Virus record (IMG/VR): IMGVR_UViG_3300020411_003736
Span: 66,381-130,380 of that record
Direction: 5' to 3' (one strand)
From: a virus
Length of the DNA stretch: 64,000 bases
Made by a program: the position numbers and the translations under genes. Under the pieces are notes generated by a model that did no database searches, was not told the DNA's origin, and worked only from the letters and a program-made list of their open reading frames with translations. Shown one piece after another: positions 11,006 to 21,165 of this stretch. Within the stretch, counting starts at the first letter, position 1. Each line of letters opens with the position of its first letter.

Positions 11006-11846
11006 AATTAACCTCTAATTTATCTGGCACACAAATCAAATTATGACCAGAAAGTAATTCATCATTTTCCATTAAGACCACTTCATCCCCCAAATTTTCT
11101 ATGTCTAATTTATTAGCAACTTCATCATAAGCTGTATAACCAATATTATTAATGACATTCATCATTTCTCGCATTTCTATAGAGTTCAGTCCAGTATAGA
11201 TTTCCGTTATTATTACAGGAGAATCTCTATATATTATATCAACAAGAGTCTTTAAAATGTCTTTATCATGTCCCTCTGTATCAATTTTTATTAAAGAAAC
11301 TTCATTGTCAATTAAACTATTTTTTTCTAAAAAACTATCTAAATTTACACCCCAAACATCTATAGGTATCTGATGACCAGTAACACCTACACCAAAATCA
11401 GTTCTCTCAGCATAACCACCATTACACAACCCATCATCTGAATAATGAAATCTCAATGGACCTTCATCATCAGATACAGCATAATTAAATGGAATTATGT
11501 TTGGATGTAATTCTGCATTTTTTTCTAAAACCTCATAAGTAGCAGGATTACATTCAAATGAAATAACTTTATCAGCAAATAAAGAATAAGCCACAGACAT
11601 ATTACCACTCTGTGCACCAATATCAATAACTGTAGAATTTGGTTTTATGATTTTAGAAATATTATTTAATATCTCATCCGTAAATAAAGAAATTAATTCC
11701 CATTCACCTTGCATTGGATGTAACCATCTATGATACTTAAAAGTTATTCCATTTCTTTCCAACTCAACAATTTCCGTATCATAATGATTATTGGTTTCCT
11801 TCAAAACATTTAAGAATTCATCCCTATAACCTTTCATGTCTTGCAT
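10992..11846 (-). CDS. FkbM-family methyltransferase
   Basis: IDIGAQSG, SFECNP, IKIDTEGHD. Confidence 0.88.
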   Translation of the reverse strand: MQDMKGYRDEFLNVLKETNNHYDTEIVELERNGITFKYHRWLHPMQGEWELISLFTDEILNNISKIIKPNSTVIDIGAQSGNMSVAYSLFADKVISFECNPATYEVLEKNAELHPNIIPFNYAVSDDEGPLRFHYSDDGLCNGGYAERTDFGVGVTGHQIPIDVWGVNLDSFLEKNSLIDNEVSLIKIDTEGHDKDILKTLVDIIYRDSPVIITEIYTGLNSIEMREMMNVINNIGYTAYDEVANKLDIENLGDEVVLMENDELLSGHNLICVPDKLEVNYDTK

Positions 11847-11847
11847 A

Positions 11848-12483
11848 TTAAATTAACCCACTTATCTCTTCATTATAAAATTTATTCTGTTCTACTTGTT
11901 TATCTATCGTCTTTGGGTGTAGTATACAAAATGGTTTATCTGTTGGTAAGGTTGAATAGGTTTTATATCCAGTTATCATCTCATGTACTTTCTTTTCCCA
12001 ACGGATGTTAGGTCTATTTTTAAACAACCTACCTTGCCAATCAGGAAAGTTTATCCAACCATTTTCATTCAATCTGTATCCATACATCCTACAATGTTGT
12101 TCTGTTATTCCATCCACAGTATTTATTCTTGGCACCCAAAATAAATCAATAGTTGGATTACCATCAATAATTTCATGAACATTCTGAATCATCCACCTAC
12201 TTATCATCTCATCAGCATCAAGATTAAAACTATACTCACCATTACACATACCTTTCAAATGATTCTTTTGTGAAGCAAAATCTTTCAATAGACTTCTTTG
12301 TTCAAATACTATATCATGTGCTGATACATAGAAATCTAATATCTGTTTTGTCTTTTCATTATCTGAAAAATCGTCTAATATGACTATTTCATCATTGGGA
12401 TTTTTCCACTTTACTAAGAACTTTAATAACTTCTCCAAAGTCTTATCTTCATTGTGTGTTAATATAGAATAACTTATTTTCAT
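11848..12483 (-). CDS. Glycosyltransferase family 2
   Basis: ISYSILTHNE, LDDFS, LDADE, VHE. Confidence 0.88.
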   Translation of the reverse strand: MKISYSILTHNEDKTLEKLLKFLVKWKNPNDEIVILDDFSDNEKTKQILDFYVSAHDIVFEQRSLLKDFASQKNHLKGMCNGEYSFNLDADEMISRWMIQNVHEIIDGNPTIDLFWVPRINTVDGITEQHCRMYGYRLNENGWINFPDWQGRLFKNRPNIRWEKKVHEMITGYKTYSTLPTDKPFCILHPKTIDKQVEQNKFYNEEISGLI

Positions 12484-12962
12484 TAATCAAAAGGACTTCC
12501 ACCTGGTTTGTGTATGTATTCTTCTTGTATCGAAATAACTTTCATAGACGATAACTTTGGTGTCTTATAACTACGATAGGATCTAACAAATACATTATCA
12601 GCTTTAATTATGTCATGATAAAATCTATCATTGTCCATATCTGTTGGTTCTTTTGGGTGTGAAATTTTTATCCTAAAATAATCTTCTTTCAATCTGACTA
12701 AATTTTCCATTCCAGTCTCACCCTTTCTAAAATCGATAAAATAAAATAATCTTTTAAGTTTTGATGGTGGTAAATAATTTAAATTCAAACCTTCTATAAT
12801 TCTTTTCTTTGGATCACGATGTAAAAAAAGAAGAATGGGTTTTGGATCAGTAACATTAGGTACAGAATAATTAAATGTCAGTATCATTCCAGGCAACAAC
12901 CTTCCCAATGTCATTGTCTGTTGTTTAATTATTATTTTACTATTGTTGTATCTCGTTGCCAC
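12483..12962 (-). CDS. T4 gp2-like DNA end protector
   Basis: F.Y...D..P..L and GLNLNYLPP, similar to the gp2 GLNLHYL motif. Confidence 0.55.
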   Translation of the reverse strand: MATRYNNSKIIIKQQTMTLGRLLPGMILTFNYSVPNVTDPKPILLFLHRDPKKRIIEGLNLNYLPPSKLKRLFYFIDFRKGETGMENLVRLKEDYFRIKISHPKEPTDMDNDRFYHDIIKADNVFVRSYRSYKTPKLSSMKVISIQEEYIHKPGGSPFD

Positions 12963-13341
12963 TATGACTTTCCATTGTTCTTACTATATTAAAAGCATCA
13001 CTAAAATGTGGCATCTCAACCTTTGTAGACTCCGTTCCCAACTTAGTTATAATATGCCATATCAATTTCCCATCCTTAACATCAGGCGTTATATAATAAT
13101 TTTCACTTGTAAAAACTCCCGGCAACCAATTCCTACCACCTATATTTTTACAAATAGATTTGAATTTATCATCTAAATCATCAGTTAATTTATCTTTATA
13201 ATCACTACTTGACGCATACCCACAATGGACACACTGCATACTTTGTCTTTCATCACCAAGTAAAATTAAAGTGTCTTCTTCATTCCCCTCTTCCACACAG
13301 CAAGGACACTTTACTTTCAATCTCATATCATCGAAACTCAT
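12940..13341 (-). CDS. Zinc-ribbon hypothetical protein
   Basis: CPCC and CVHCGY pairs. Confidence 0.6.
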   Translation of the reverse strand: MSFDDMRLKVKCPCCVEEGNEEDTLILLGDERQSMQCVHCGYASSSDYKDKLTDDLDDKFKSICKNIGGRNWLPGVFTSENYYITPDVKDGKLIWHIITKLGTESTKVEMPHFSDAFNIVRTMESHSGNEIQQ

Positions 13342-14738
13342 ATCTTCTTCAACTTTGGTAAATTAAGTTTTTTAGGTGTAGATGATTCATTAGAATCTCC
13401 CACCTTTTTCAATTTAGGTAATTTCAAAGAAACCTGCTTTGGTACATTTGCAATTATATCATCAATAATTTTACTAAAATCATTAGCCATCTTTTCTAAA
13501 GAAAAATCTTTTCTATTCTTTTTACCAAGCCTCTTAGCTTTTTTTAAAATACTACTATGATTTTTATGTAAAAGTCTTAATTTTCTTTTTACATCATCTT
13601 CATTAACATCATACCACTTAGATTGTTCAACTACTATTGGATGCCAAACATTCGATTTTGGAACTTCTTTTAATTTACCCTGTATTATCAATGCCTCAGA
13701 TGGATTTAAGAAATCCATGTGACCACTCCAATTTGGAGCAATTACAGGTAAGTCACAACAACTAGCCTCTAACATCGGCCTTCCAAATCCTTCACCATGT
13801 GTACAAGTTAAGAAAGCCTTTACCTTAGAATGATTATATAACATAGCCATTTGTTTAATTGTCAAATCCCCATGTATCAAATATACATTAGGAATTTGAA
13901 AATCTCCAAATTGTTCCATAATACCTTTTATTTTTTTTGTTGTCTCATGTTTATCCATAATTGAAAAACCAGAACCATTCGTTTTTAACAACAATGCGGG
14001 CATCTTATCTTTTGGAACATTTGTAAATGCTTCCAAAAATGTTTTTATCATCAAAGAGATATTCTTTCTATCCTCTCCATAACCACCCTTTCCCCACAAA
14101 CCAACATGTAAATAAACAAAATTTTCTTTTTTTAATAATTCATCCAAATCATACACAAATTTTGATTTCACATCCTTCAAATCAAATGGTTTATAAACAT
14201 CAATATCAACACCTTCCCCCAATACAGAAATTGGTTTAGTTAATTTATGCTCTCCCAATTTTACTTTTTGACCATTCCTATCATCTGTCTTATCATAAAC
14301 AGTTCCCGTAAAAGTTTTAGCAGTAAACTTTGATGGTACTATATTTAAATTCATTTTATTACACCCCTCAATGAATTCAGGAGAAACTATATCAGTCTCA
14401 ACACCAGCAGTTATACCTAAATTATATTTACCAACTTGAGCAAATTCATTAGGTATTCTTATATCAATATAAATATCTGGTTGAGAATCTAAATTGGTTT
14501 CTACTGATAAAACATCCAATAACTTTTTATGCCTTGGTACTTCTTTATCTAAATGATTTCTAGGTGTTTCCCCCCACTTTGTATCAATACACTTAATATC
14601 CAAATCCTCTCTATCCATAATCGAATAAAACAGAGAGCGAGCATGATCACCATAACCACTTCTTGTATTAAATGGTGCTGTCATAACAACTTTTGTTTTC
14701 ATATCTTCTCCATATAATATCTTTGCCTCGGTTCCCAA
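13338..14738 (-). CDS. Glycosyltransferase family 4
   Basis: RSGYGDHAR, HGEGFGRPMLEA, WSGHMDF; real start is probably the second Met (about 14705). Confidence 0.88.
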   Translation of the reverse strand: MGTEAKILYGEDMKTKVVMTAPFNTRSGYGDHARSLFYSIMDREDLDIKCIDTKWGETPRNHLDKEVPRHKKLLDVLSVETNLDSQPDIYIDIRIPNEFAQVGKYNLGITAGVETDIVSPEFIEGCNKMNLNIVPSKFTAKTFTGTVYDKTDDRNGQKVKLGEHKLTKPISVLGEGVDIDVYKPFDLKDVKSKFVYDLDELLKKENFVYLHVGLWGKGGYGEDRKNISLMIKTFLEAFTNVPKDKMPALLLKTNGSGFSIMDKHETTKKIKGIMEQFGDFQIPNVYLIHGDLTIKQMAMLYNHSKVKAFLTCTHGEGFGRPMLEASCCDLPVIAPNWSGHMDFLNPSEALIIQGKLKEVPKSNVWHPIVVEQSKWYDVNEDDVKRKLRLLHKNHSSILKKAKRLGKKNRKDFSLEKMANDFSKIIDDIIANVPKQVSLKLPKLKKVGDSNESSTPKKLNLPKLKKI

Positions 14739-16063
14739 TTATCAAAAGCGCCATCCATAGAATCTATAAAATTTTGTCCCATAGCTTTAGCTGTCATTTG
14801 ATTTTCTTCACAAAATTTCTTACCTAAACCACCAAGTCTTTTTCTCTCATCTCTACCCATATCATAAAACTCACGAAGAGCAATGGCAGCATCTTCAGGC
14901 TCACACCTATCATCCCAAATATATGGTGTCGGTGGTGAACCTTGTAATGAACGACTTGTCGGCCATACAGGTTTTACCCATTCTCCGTGTTCTTTATAAC
15001 GGCCTTTATGATTACTACCAAGTTCAACATAATCATCTGGTGTCAATAAGTTTCCATCATCATCTCTAAATCCACATTGGTCTTGTAATCCACCTGTAAC
15101 ATTAACAATAATTGGTGTTCCAACTGTAAGTGCTTCAGCACTACCCAATCCGAACCCTTCATTACTCGCTAAATTAATATAAACATCCGCTGAATTAAAA
15201 ACTAAATTCATATCCCCATCTTCAAAAGAATTATTATGTATATGGTGTGTGAAACAAACATCATATTCTGGCATTAAATGCTTCATCAGTCTTGGTAAAT
15301 CAGTTCCATTTTCATCGCTTGGTGTACAATGAAATATCAATACACATTCTTCCCTTTGTTCAGGAGTTAACTCATCCATAAAGTATTTATAAGCCATAGC
15401 CACATCACCAGGTTGCTTTCTTCTGATGTTTCTGTTACTATAAAGAATTCTAAATTTTTTATCTGTTAACCCAAATTTATCATTAAACTCCAACAGAGAA
15501 TTATCATCATCATCCACTTTTTTATATCTTCTATCTGAAATACCGTGTGGCACATAAGTAATTTGCCAATCTTCATAATGTGGTAATAGTCTTTTATTAA
15601 TACCATATGTTTGTTTTGATATACCCATTAATAAATCACTACTAAGATAGTAATTGGTATTGTATTGTGGATCTGGCAAATCATCCCAAATATTATAATA
15701 GAATATTGGAATATCCCTACGAATTTCTGCCTCTATATTATAAAGCCAAGTCCAAAACCTTGGATCTGTATAATGTAATATAGCATCTGGTTTTTCTCTT
15801 TCCAATATAACTCTAACTATATCAGGATTACCATAACCACTCGTAGGATATATTGTTAACTTAGCATCCTTAACACCTGAAATTTCAGCTATAGCTTTAT
15901 CCATATTAACAACATTTCCTTCTTCAGGATGTTTTATTGCACCAGCTAATTGTACCCAATCATATTGGTGAAGTGTCTCAACAACAATATCCTTAGATAC
16001 AGTAGCTATTCCACTATGCATTCTTAAATCATCAGACATCAATAATATCTTCTTCTTAGCCAT
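14699..16063 (-). CDS. Glycosyltransferase family 4
   Basis: SDDLRMHSGIA, VPHG, NRNIRRK, NEGFGL..AEAL..G.P. Confidence 0.88.
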   Translation of the reverse strand: MAKKKILLMSDDLRMHSGIATVSKDIVVETLHQYDWVQLAGAIKHPEEGNVVNMDKAIAEISGVKDAKLTIYPTSGYGNPDIVRVILEREKPDAILHYTDPRFWTWLYNIEAEIRRDIPIFYYNIWDDLPDPQYNTNYYLSSDLLMGISKQTYGINKRLLPHYEDWQITYVPHGISDRRYKKVDDDDNSLLEFNDKFGLTDKKFRILYSNRNIRRKQPGDVAMAYKYFMDELTPEQREECVLIFHCTPSDENGTDLPRLMKHLMPEYDVCFTHHIHNNSFEDGDMNLVFNSADVYINLASNEGFGLGSAEALTVGTPIIVNVTGGLQDQCGFRDDDGNLLTPDDYVELGSNHKGRYKEHGEWVKPVWPTSRSLQGSPPTPYIWDDRCEPEDAAIALREFYDMGRDERKRLGGLGKKFCEENQMTAKAMGQNFIDSMDGAFDNWEPRQRYYMEKI

Positions 16064-16080
16064 ATAACCTCACTTCAAAA

Positions 16081-16212
16081 TTAATCTTTTAATAATTTCT
16101 TTTTTACTTTTTTGTTGTCTTTGAGTAAATGTTCTTCAATCCTCAAAAGTATATCACGAATTTCTTTTAAAATTCTATCATTCCCCGCAGTTCCCATTCC
16201 ACTGGGTTTCAT
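16081..16212 (-). CDS. Small hypothetical protein (43 aa)
   Basis: Manual translation MKPSGMGTAGNDRILKEIRDILLRIEEHLLKDNKKVKKKLLKD; TAATG overlap with upstream gene; fills the gap. Confidence 0.55.
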   Translation of the reverse strand: MKPSGMGTAGNDRILKEIRDILLRIEEHLLKDNKKVKKKLLKD

Positions 16213-16412
16213 TAGAATTGACTCCCACTTACATACAAAGCATCATATGTTTCAAAATTTTCCTTTATAGCATTTTCTCTTAAATACATATGCATTGATC
16301 TGTTTACAAGTTTTTGTAAATTCATAGATGAATTGACAGTTTTTGTTTTGAAATCTCTATACAGACTTTCTATAACCTTTACGGATGTAAGTTTTACCTT
16401 AGTATCTTCCAT
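16212..16412 (-). CDS. Ribbon-helix-helix-like small DNA-binding protein
   Basis: LTSVKV beta ribbon followed by two helices; AGGAG RBS. Confidence 0.55.
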   Translation of the reverse strand: MEDTKVKLTSVKVIESLYRDFKTKTVNSSMNLQKLVNRSMHMYLRENAIKENFETYDALYVSGSQF

Positions 16413-16434
16413 TTATAACTCCTATTATACATAT

Positions 16435-16442
16435 ATAAATAT
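16435..16442 (-). promoter_or_regulatory. ATATTTAT late-promoter-like motif
   Basis: Same intergenic motif as upstream of structural genes; heads the glycan operon; lies in an AT-rich run. Confidence 0.45.
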
Positions 16443-16449
16443 ATATATA

Positions 16450-16866
16450 TTAATTAATAATAAGAGTTTTTTTTCCAAATTTTTTAGCATAATTTATAGT
16501 TGACATAGTACCTGGTGAATCAACTCCTCTTGGAATAAATGCCACTACATATTCCGAATGAATAGCAATCTGTTTATTACGAGCAAAAAAGTTTTTGACA
16601 CTATAAGGTTTACCATAATTTCTTTCGTGTAGTGGACAATATAAATTATGAGCTTGATGTGCTGGTGGATATTCTTCATATTGTAAACCCAGTTCAAGAG
16701 CATATTTCTTAGCGTAATAGTCAGCTCCTTGTTTACACCCACCACTAACTATTATAGTATCAGTACCTTTTTCATTCTTTAACTTAAAAATAAATTCTTT
16801 AATCTTCTTTCGGTTTTCGTACTTACGACTACCGACAATCCCCACTTTTAAAGTATCTTGCCCCAT
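16450..16866 (-). CDS. SLOG-superfamily protein (YspA/DUF2493-like)
   Basis: IVGSR, VSGGC.QGAD, RNKQI, SPGT. Confidence 0.8.
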   Translation of the reverse strand: MGQDTLKVGIVGSRKYENRKKIKEFIFKLKNEKGTDTIIVSGGCKQGADYYAKKYALELGLQYEEYPPAHQAHNLYCPLHERNYGKPYSVKNFFARNKQIAIHSEYVVAFIPRGVDSPGTMSTINYAKKFGKKTLIIN

Positions 16867-17717
16867 TCACAATGCTCCGTATCATAAAATTCACAAAACT
16901 TACAAGCGTTGCCAGGTTTTGCTGGATAATTTCTTTTAGTATTATAATCCCCATTAGACTCAAATACCAATTCACGAAACTCATTAAATGCCTTATTAAC
17001 TTTATTAAGAGTAACACTACCATGAGCTGGTTCAAATCTTTGCATCCTACTTACTGGCCAATCAGGATCTTTTGGTATTTTTCTTTTAAGTATGAGAAAT
17101 TCTACAGATATATCATCCAATGGTACATCAAACTTATCTGCATAGAATTGTTTATAAAGAATTAATTGTGATGTTTTATAAAAATCTTTTTTCTGATAAT
17201 GTGTCCAACCACGGGTAGCAGTTTTCAAATCAATTATTTTTATCCCACCATTAATCTTATTCTTTATCACCACATCAAGAAAACTTCTAAACTCCACACC
17301 ATCTTGTAACTTTGTAAATATAGGAAGTTCAATGCCAACCAACTCATAATTCTTTTTCATAAAATACTTAGCACGATGTTTTTTAAAATCTTTAAGTATC
17401 TCTACCCCATCTTCATAGAACTCCACCAACTCACTTTGAGTGCAGACATCAACATTATGTTCTTCTCTAATTTTAGTGAATTCCTTTATCATTTCATTTT
17501 TCAACATCAACTCCAAAGGTAGCCTTTCAGCATCCTTTATAGTATTGTCATAAAACTCACTAAGATAACTCTGAACCACAGTGTGGACAGCAGAACCAAA
17601 TATGGTGTAAATATTACCACTACCTATACTAAGTTGATCTATATATCTAAGCTTCCATTTTAGATTACATTGATTATATGCACTAAATTGAGAATGTGAT
17701 AAAGATTTTAAACTCAT
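16848..17717 (-). CDS. PD-(D/E)XK RecB/Cas4-like nuclease with probable Fe-S cluster
   Basis: SHSQ....QC, FGSAVH, E..D..IIDLKT, QL..Y, CKFC....HC. Confidence 0.85.
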   Translation of the reverse strand: MSLKSLSHSQFSAYNQCNLKWKLRYIDQLSIGSGNIYTIFGSAVHTVVQSYLSEFYDNTIKDAERLPLELMLKNEMIKEFTKIREEHNVDVCTQSELVEFYEDGVEILKDFKKHRAKYFMKKNYELVGIELPIFTKLQDGVEFRSFLDVVIKNKINGGIKIIDLKTATRGWTHYQKKDFYKTSQLILYKQFYADKFDVPLDDISVEFLILKRKIPKDPDWPVSRMQRFEPAHGSVTLNKVNKAFNEFRELVFESNGDYNTKRNYPAKPGNACKFCEFYDTEHCEWGKIL

Positions 17718-18313
17718 ATTATCTCATCTATTAATCCATACTCCAAACATGTTATAGCATCCCACATCAAATCATGTTTTAATATTTCATCTAATTTCTT
17801 CATAGGAAGTTTGGTGTACTTTTTATAAACATCTTTAATGGTTTTCATCATTAAATCTAAGTTCTTTTTCTCATCATCAAAATTAGCGTATGTCCCCCAA
17901 AATTGAGTTGAAACCTGATGAATCAACATATATGAATTTCTGCTCATATATCTTTTTTTACCAACAACCGACATGAATGTAGCAGCACTAGCAGAAAACC
18001 CATCAACATAAGTTTCTACTGGGACCTTACATCTCAATATTGTATCCATCGAAGAAATGCCAGCAACTACAGAACCACCGCCGGAATTTATATATAATTT
18101 AATAGGTGGTGGTTGTATATCAAGATTTAAAGATAGTGTTAAAGCTTTTGTCTCCAATTCACTTATCTTTTTATTTAACTCACTACAGGCATTTCGATTT
18201 ACACCAGAATAGAAATAAATCTTATTATCCTGTACTGATATATGTTTTTCTGTAGCCTCAGCACCACTTTTTCTAGGTTGTGTGGTTTTCTTTTCACCCC
18301 AATGTCTTTCCAC
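17714..18313 (-). CDS. clpP: ClpP-like protease subunit
   Basis: YINSGGGSV, SASAAT (Ser), MLIHQ (His), HD, YGLIDEII. Confidence 0.88.
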   Translation of the reverse strand: MERHWGEKKTTQPRKSGAEATEKHISVQDNKIYFYSGVNRNACSELNKKISELETKALTLSLNLDIQPPPIKLYINSGGGSVVAGISSMDTILRCKVPVETYVDGFSASAATFMSVVGKKRYMSRNSYMLIHQVSTQFWGTYANFDDEKKNLDLMMKTIKDVYKKYTKLPMKKLDEILKHDLMWDAITCLEYGLIDEII

Positions 18314-18852
18314 TACTTTTCTCCTTCTACATATTTTTCTGCTGATTGTATCATACCATTGACTGCATCATCAACCTCTTCTAAAAATCTATCTGTCTCT
18401 GCATCATAATCGAGACCTTCTTCTTCACATTCGTCTTCCCAAAGTCTTTCTGGCGAATCATCCTCATACCATTTAAAGCCTTTTTTACTACCATATCCAC
18501 CAACTAGGAAATCATCACTCTCTTCATCCGCTGTGAACTTTACCTTAACATCTTCATCCAATTCCGCCATCTTTTCTACAAACCTCTCCATAAACCCTTC
18601 TGGAAAACTCCAAGCCGAACAGAAAGTAATATGAGTTTCATTATTATAGTCATCCATATCCTCAACTAATATCCATTTAGGACCTATCTTATCCATTGGA
18701 TACTTTTCATATTTGCCAAAGATAGGTTCTACTGTACCACGAATATGTGGTTCATTCCAACCTGATAAGTCACCGTACCAGTCCCATAGTTTTTCATGAA
18801 CTTCTTTTTTCTCCGAAATAACTTCTGTTCTAGTCCATACATGATTAGCCAT
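18313..18852 (-). CDS. Hypothetical protein (YubB ferredoxin-like fold possible)
   Basis: MANHV start, G.KW, F.SAWS.P pattern. Confidence 0.45.
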   Translation of the reverse strand: MANHVWTRTEVISEKKEVHEKLWDWYGDLSGWNEPHIRGTVEPIFGKYEKYPMDKIGPKWILVEDMDDYNNETHITFCSAWSFPEGFMERFVEKMAELDEDVKVKFTADEESDDFLVGGYGSKKGFKWYEDDSPERLWEDECEEEGLDYDAETDRFLEEVDDAVNGMIQSAEKYVEGEK

Positions 18853-19268
18853 TATTTACCCCACTTATTGTTCTTAACTATTGTAGCCATAATACCATAG
18901 TTTGATACATCTAAATAAGCATCCTCTAATGGTTCATCTACAGCCGAATTTCTTTTACTCATCAACATATTTTTAAGTCTTTGTATTTTATCATTCATCC
19001 TAAACCAAAGACCTGTAAGTGATAAATGTACTTCTTCTGGTGTAATCAATTGAGTACCGACTGATATATTACCTGGACCATAATCATGTTGTTTTCTACA
19101 AAACAATTCATATTGTTCTCTTTGCAACCTTTTGAATTCTGTAGTCATTTCGGGCCATTCCTTTTCCATTTGTTCTACAACTGGATGGACCCCATTGACA
19201 CTTTTTCTCTCTACATCATCAGCAGGATCTTTGACTGTAGGTTCTAATTCTCTTTCTCTAATATTCAT
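18852..19268 (-). CDS. Nucleotide-modification-associated domain 1 (DUF1599/MazG-like)
   Basis: KQHDYG, RMNDKIQRL, EPLEDAYLDVSNYGIM. Confidence 0.8.
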   Translation of the reverse strand: MNIRERELEPTVKDPADDVERKSVNGVHPVVEQMEKEWPEMTTEFKRLQREQYELFCRKQHDYGPGNISVGTQLITPEEVHLSLTGLWFRMNDKIQRLKNMLMSKRNSAVDEPLEDAYLDVSNYGIMATIVKNNKWGK

Positions 19269-19291
19269 TATAACTCTCCAAATTACATTTT

Positions 19292-19321
19292 AATATACAA
19301 CATTTTTCATATATCATACAA
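19292..19321 (-). promoter_or_regulatory. Sigma70-like promoter TTGTAT-N18-TATATT
   Basis: Upstream of the Nmad1 gene; same pattern at four other sites. Confidence 0.45.
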
Positions 19322-19937
19322 GCTTTTTTATTTTTCTTTTTATTTTTTTATTTAAATAATAAACATATATATTTTTTGGTGCTCTATCTTTAAAAAATAT
19401 ATTTTCGTCACCACTATCATAGCGCCGTTTTATCTCCCTACTATATGGTCTGTACTTTTGATTCATAGACCTACTATGCATTTCTTTCCCATCTACCATC
19501 AAAACAGTACCTTTAGCAGTTTCACCCAAATACTCAAAGTTAGTGGCTTTATATATCACACCATCATGACCATAATGCGTATCAGCAAAAGAAACCACAA
19601 CTTCCATATCTGTATATTGTTTTAACCATTTAAATGTTTGTCCTATGAAATAACTTTCTGTATTCTTAGGCGTATCATCTATACAAACTAATCTTCTAAG
19701 TTCCAAACACTTAGTTGGATTGATTGGATTGTATTTAGCTGCAGTAGATGGCATTGATGGGTAAGCATACATCATAGCTCCAATCATTGTTGGCAATCCA
19801 AAATTACCTTCTCTGAATAAACCAAAGTGGTATAGAGATTGAACTCCATTTACATTATGTGAATAGTGATGTTTCTCTATAAACTTAGCTATCGATTTCC
19901 TCGGTACTTCTTCAACTGTATATTCTGTTACAGACAT
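19314..19937 (-). CDS. Mom-like DNA adenine modification protein (GNAT fold), copy 2
   Basis: HHYS, ELRRL, KNTESYFI, SFAD..GH.G.IYKATNF.Y.G. Confidence 0.8.
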   Translation of the reverse strand: MSVTEYTVEEVPRKSIAKFIEKHHYSHNVNGVQSLYHFGLFREGNFGLPTMIGAMMYAYPSMPSTAAKYNPINPTKCLELRRLVCIDDTPKNTESYFIGQTFKWLKQYTDMEVVVSFADTHYGHDGVIYKATNFEYLGETAKGTVLMVDGKEMHSRSMNQKYRPYSREIKRRYDSGDENIFFKDRAPKNIYVYYLNKKIKRKIKKLV

Positions 19938-20285
19938 TTATTTTATGAAAAGATGTGATAATTGAATTGCTATAATTACTACAGATAAAAATAAACTAAT
20001 CAATGTTCTGTTATCAGGTGTCTCTCCTAATATCATCCAAGTAAGTATACCAAAAACAAGAGTAGCCATACCAAATCCTATTGGTCTGACATACCAATAG
20101 TTTCCAAAGTATTCATAATACCACTTAGTCCCATAGTAAAAACAAAAACTTATTGGTACACCACCAAGAGCAATCCAATAAATACTCTTTGCCCATTCAT
20201 ATTTGAATTGCCCCTGCATATGAAACCAAGCTATGATGTGTCCAATAAAGGATACACCTAATGCTAATAACAATTTATTCAACAA
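19938..20285 (-). CDS. Small multi-pass membrane protein (DMT-like)
   Basis: About four hydrophobic segments in 115 aa. Confidence 0.6.
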   Translation of the reverse strand: MLNKLLLALGVSFIGHIIAWFHMQGQFKYEWAKSIYWIALGGVPISFCFYYGTKWYYEYFGNYWYVRPIGFGMATLVFGILTWMILGETPDNRTLISLFLSVVIIAIQLSHLFIK

Positions 20286-21165
20286 CTAACTCCTCTTTTA
20301 TATATTTTATTATATCACCTTCTGGATTCCAATCTAATATATCTTTAGCTTTTGTATCTGTACACAAAGTCTCTCTCATTTCTCCTGGAGTAGCATCAAT
20401 ATACTTAGCTGTCCACAATGCATCAAAAGCAACTGCTATATCATTGATTGAATAATTTTTACCTGTTCCCAATTCAAATATTTCACCTGAATATCTCATA
20501 TCAACAGCACCATGCATTGCTTCCATACACTTAACCATACCATCCACTATATCTCTCACATCCACAAAATCTCTTCTTTGTTCTCCATCACCCGTAATTG
20601 TCAATGGCTCTCCATCATTATATTGCCTTTCAAATATACCCAACACATTACAATACGCACCCTCAGTTGCTTGGTATGGACCATAAGCATTATAAAATCT
20701 ACAGATACAACTCGGTATATTAAATAACTCACTATACATTTTAACTATCTCTTCAGCCTGCCATTTTGTAAATGTATATGGATTGATATACTTATCCCCA
20801 TGTACAGAAGAAGTTCCAGCATACACCACAGGTATTTTGTTTCGTCTCGCATCTTCCATTATATTAACAGTGGAATATAGATTAGATTTAAATGTTTGTT
20901 CGGGATCGTCAAATGATGGTTGAATACGGGATAGTGCGGCTAAATGAAATATAACATCTGGCTTATCTTGAAAAAACGAATAATACTTTACTTCTGATAG
21001 ATCAACATCAAAGTATTGACAACCTTCCACTTCATTTTCCTTCTTACCAGTAGAATAGTTATCTAAACTAACAACTCTATGTCCATCTTTTAATAATCTC
21101 TTTATTAGATTAGTACCAATAAACCCTGCACCACCTGTAACTAAACACTTCATTTTTATCTCCAA
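20275..21165 (-). CDS. NAD-dependent sugar epimerase/dehydratase
   Basis: TGGAGFIG, YTFTK, RFYNAYGP, GDGEQRRDF. Confidence 0.9.
   Translation of the reverse strand: MEIKMKCLVTGGAGFIGTNLIKRLLKDGHRVVSLDNYSTGKKENEVEGCQYFDVDLSEVKYYSFFQDKPDVIFHLAALSRIQPSFDDPEQTFKSNLYSTVNIMEDARRNKIPVVYAGTSSVHGDKYINPYTFTKWQAEEIVKMYSELFNIPSCICRFYNAYGPYQATEGAYCNVLGIFERQYNDGEPLTITGDGEQRRDFVDVRDIVDGMVKCMEAMHGAVDMRYSGEIFELGTGKNYSINDIAVAFDALWTAKYIDATPGEMRETLCTDTKAKDILDWNPEGDIIKYIKEELVVE

Noticed and set aside
16425-16460. (AT)n run as an origin or microsatellite
   Set aside because: Short AT-rich intergenic promoter region with no iterons
16848-17717. CRISPR-Cas system implied by the Cas4-like gene
   Set aside because: No array or other cas genes seen; solo Cas4-like nucleases are common in phages
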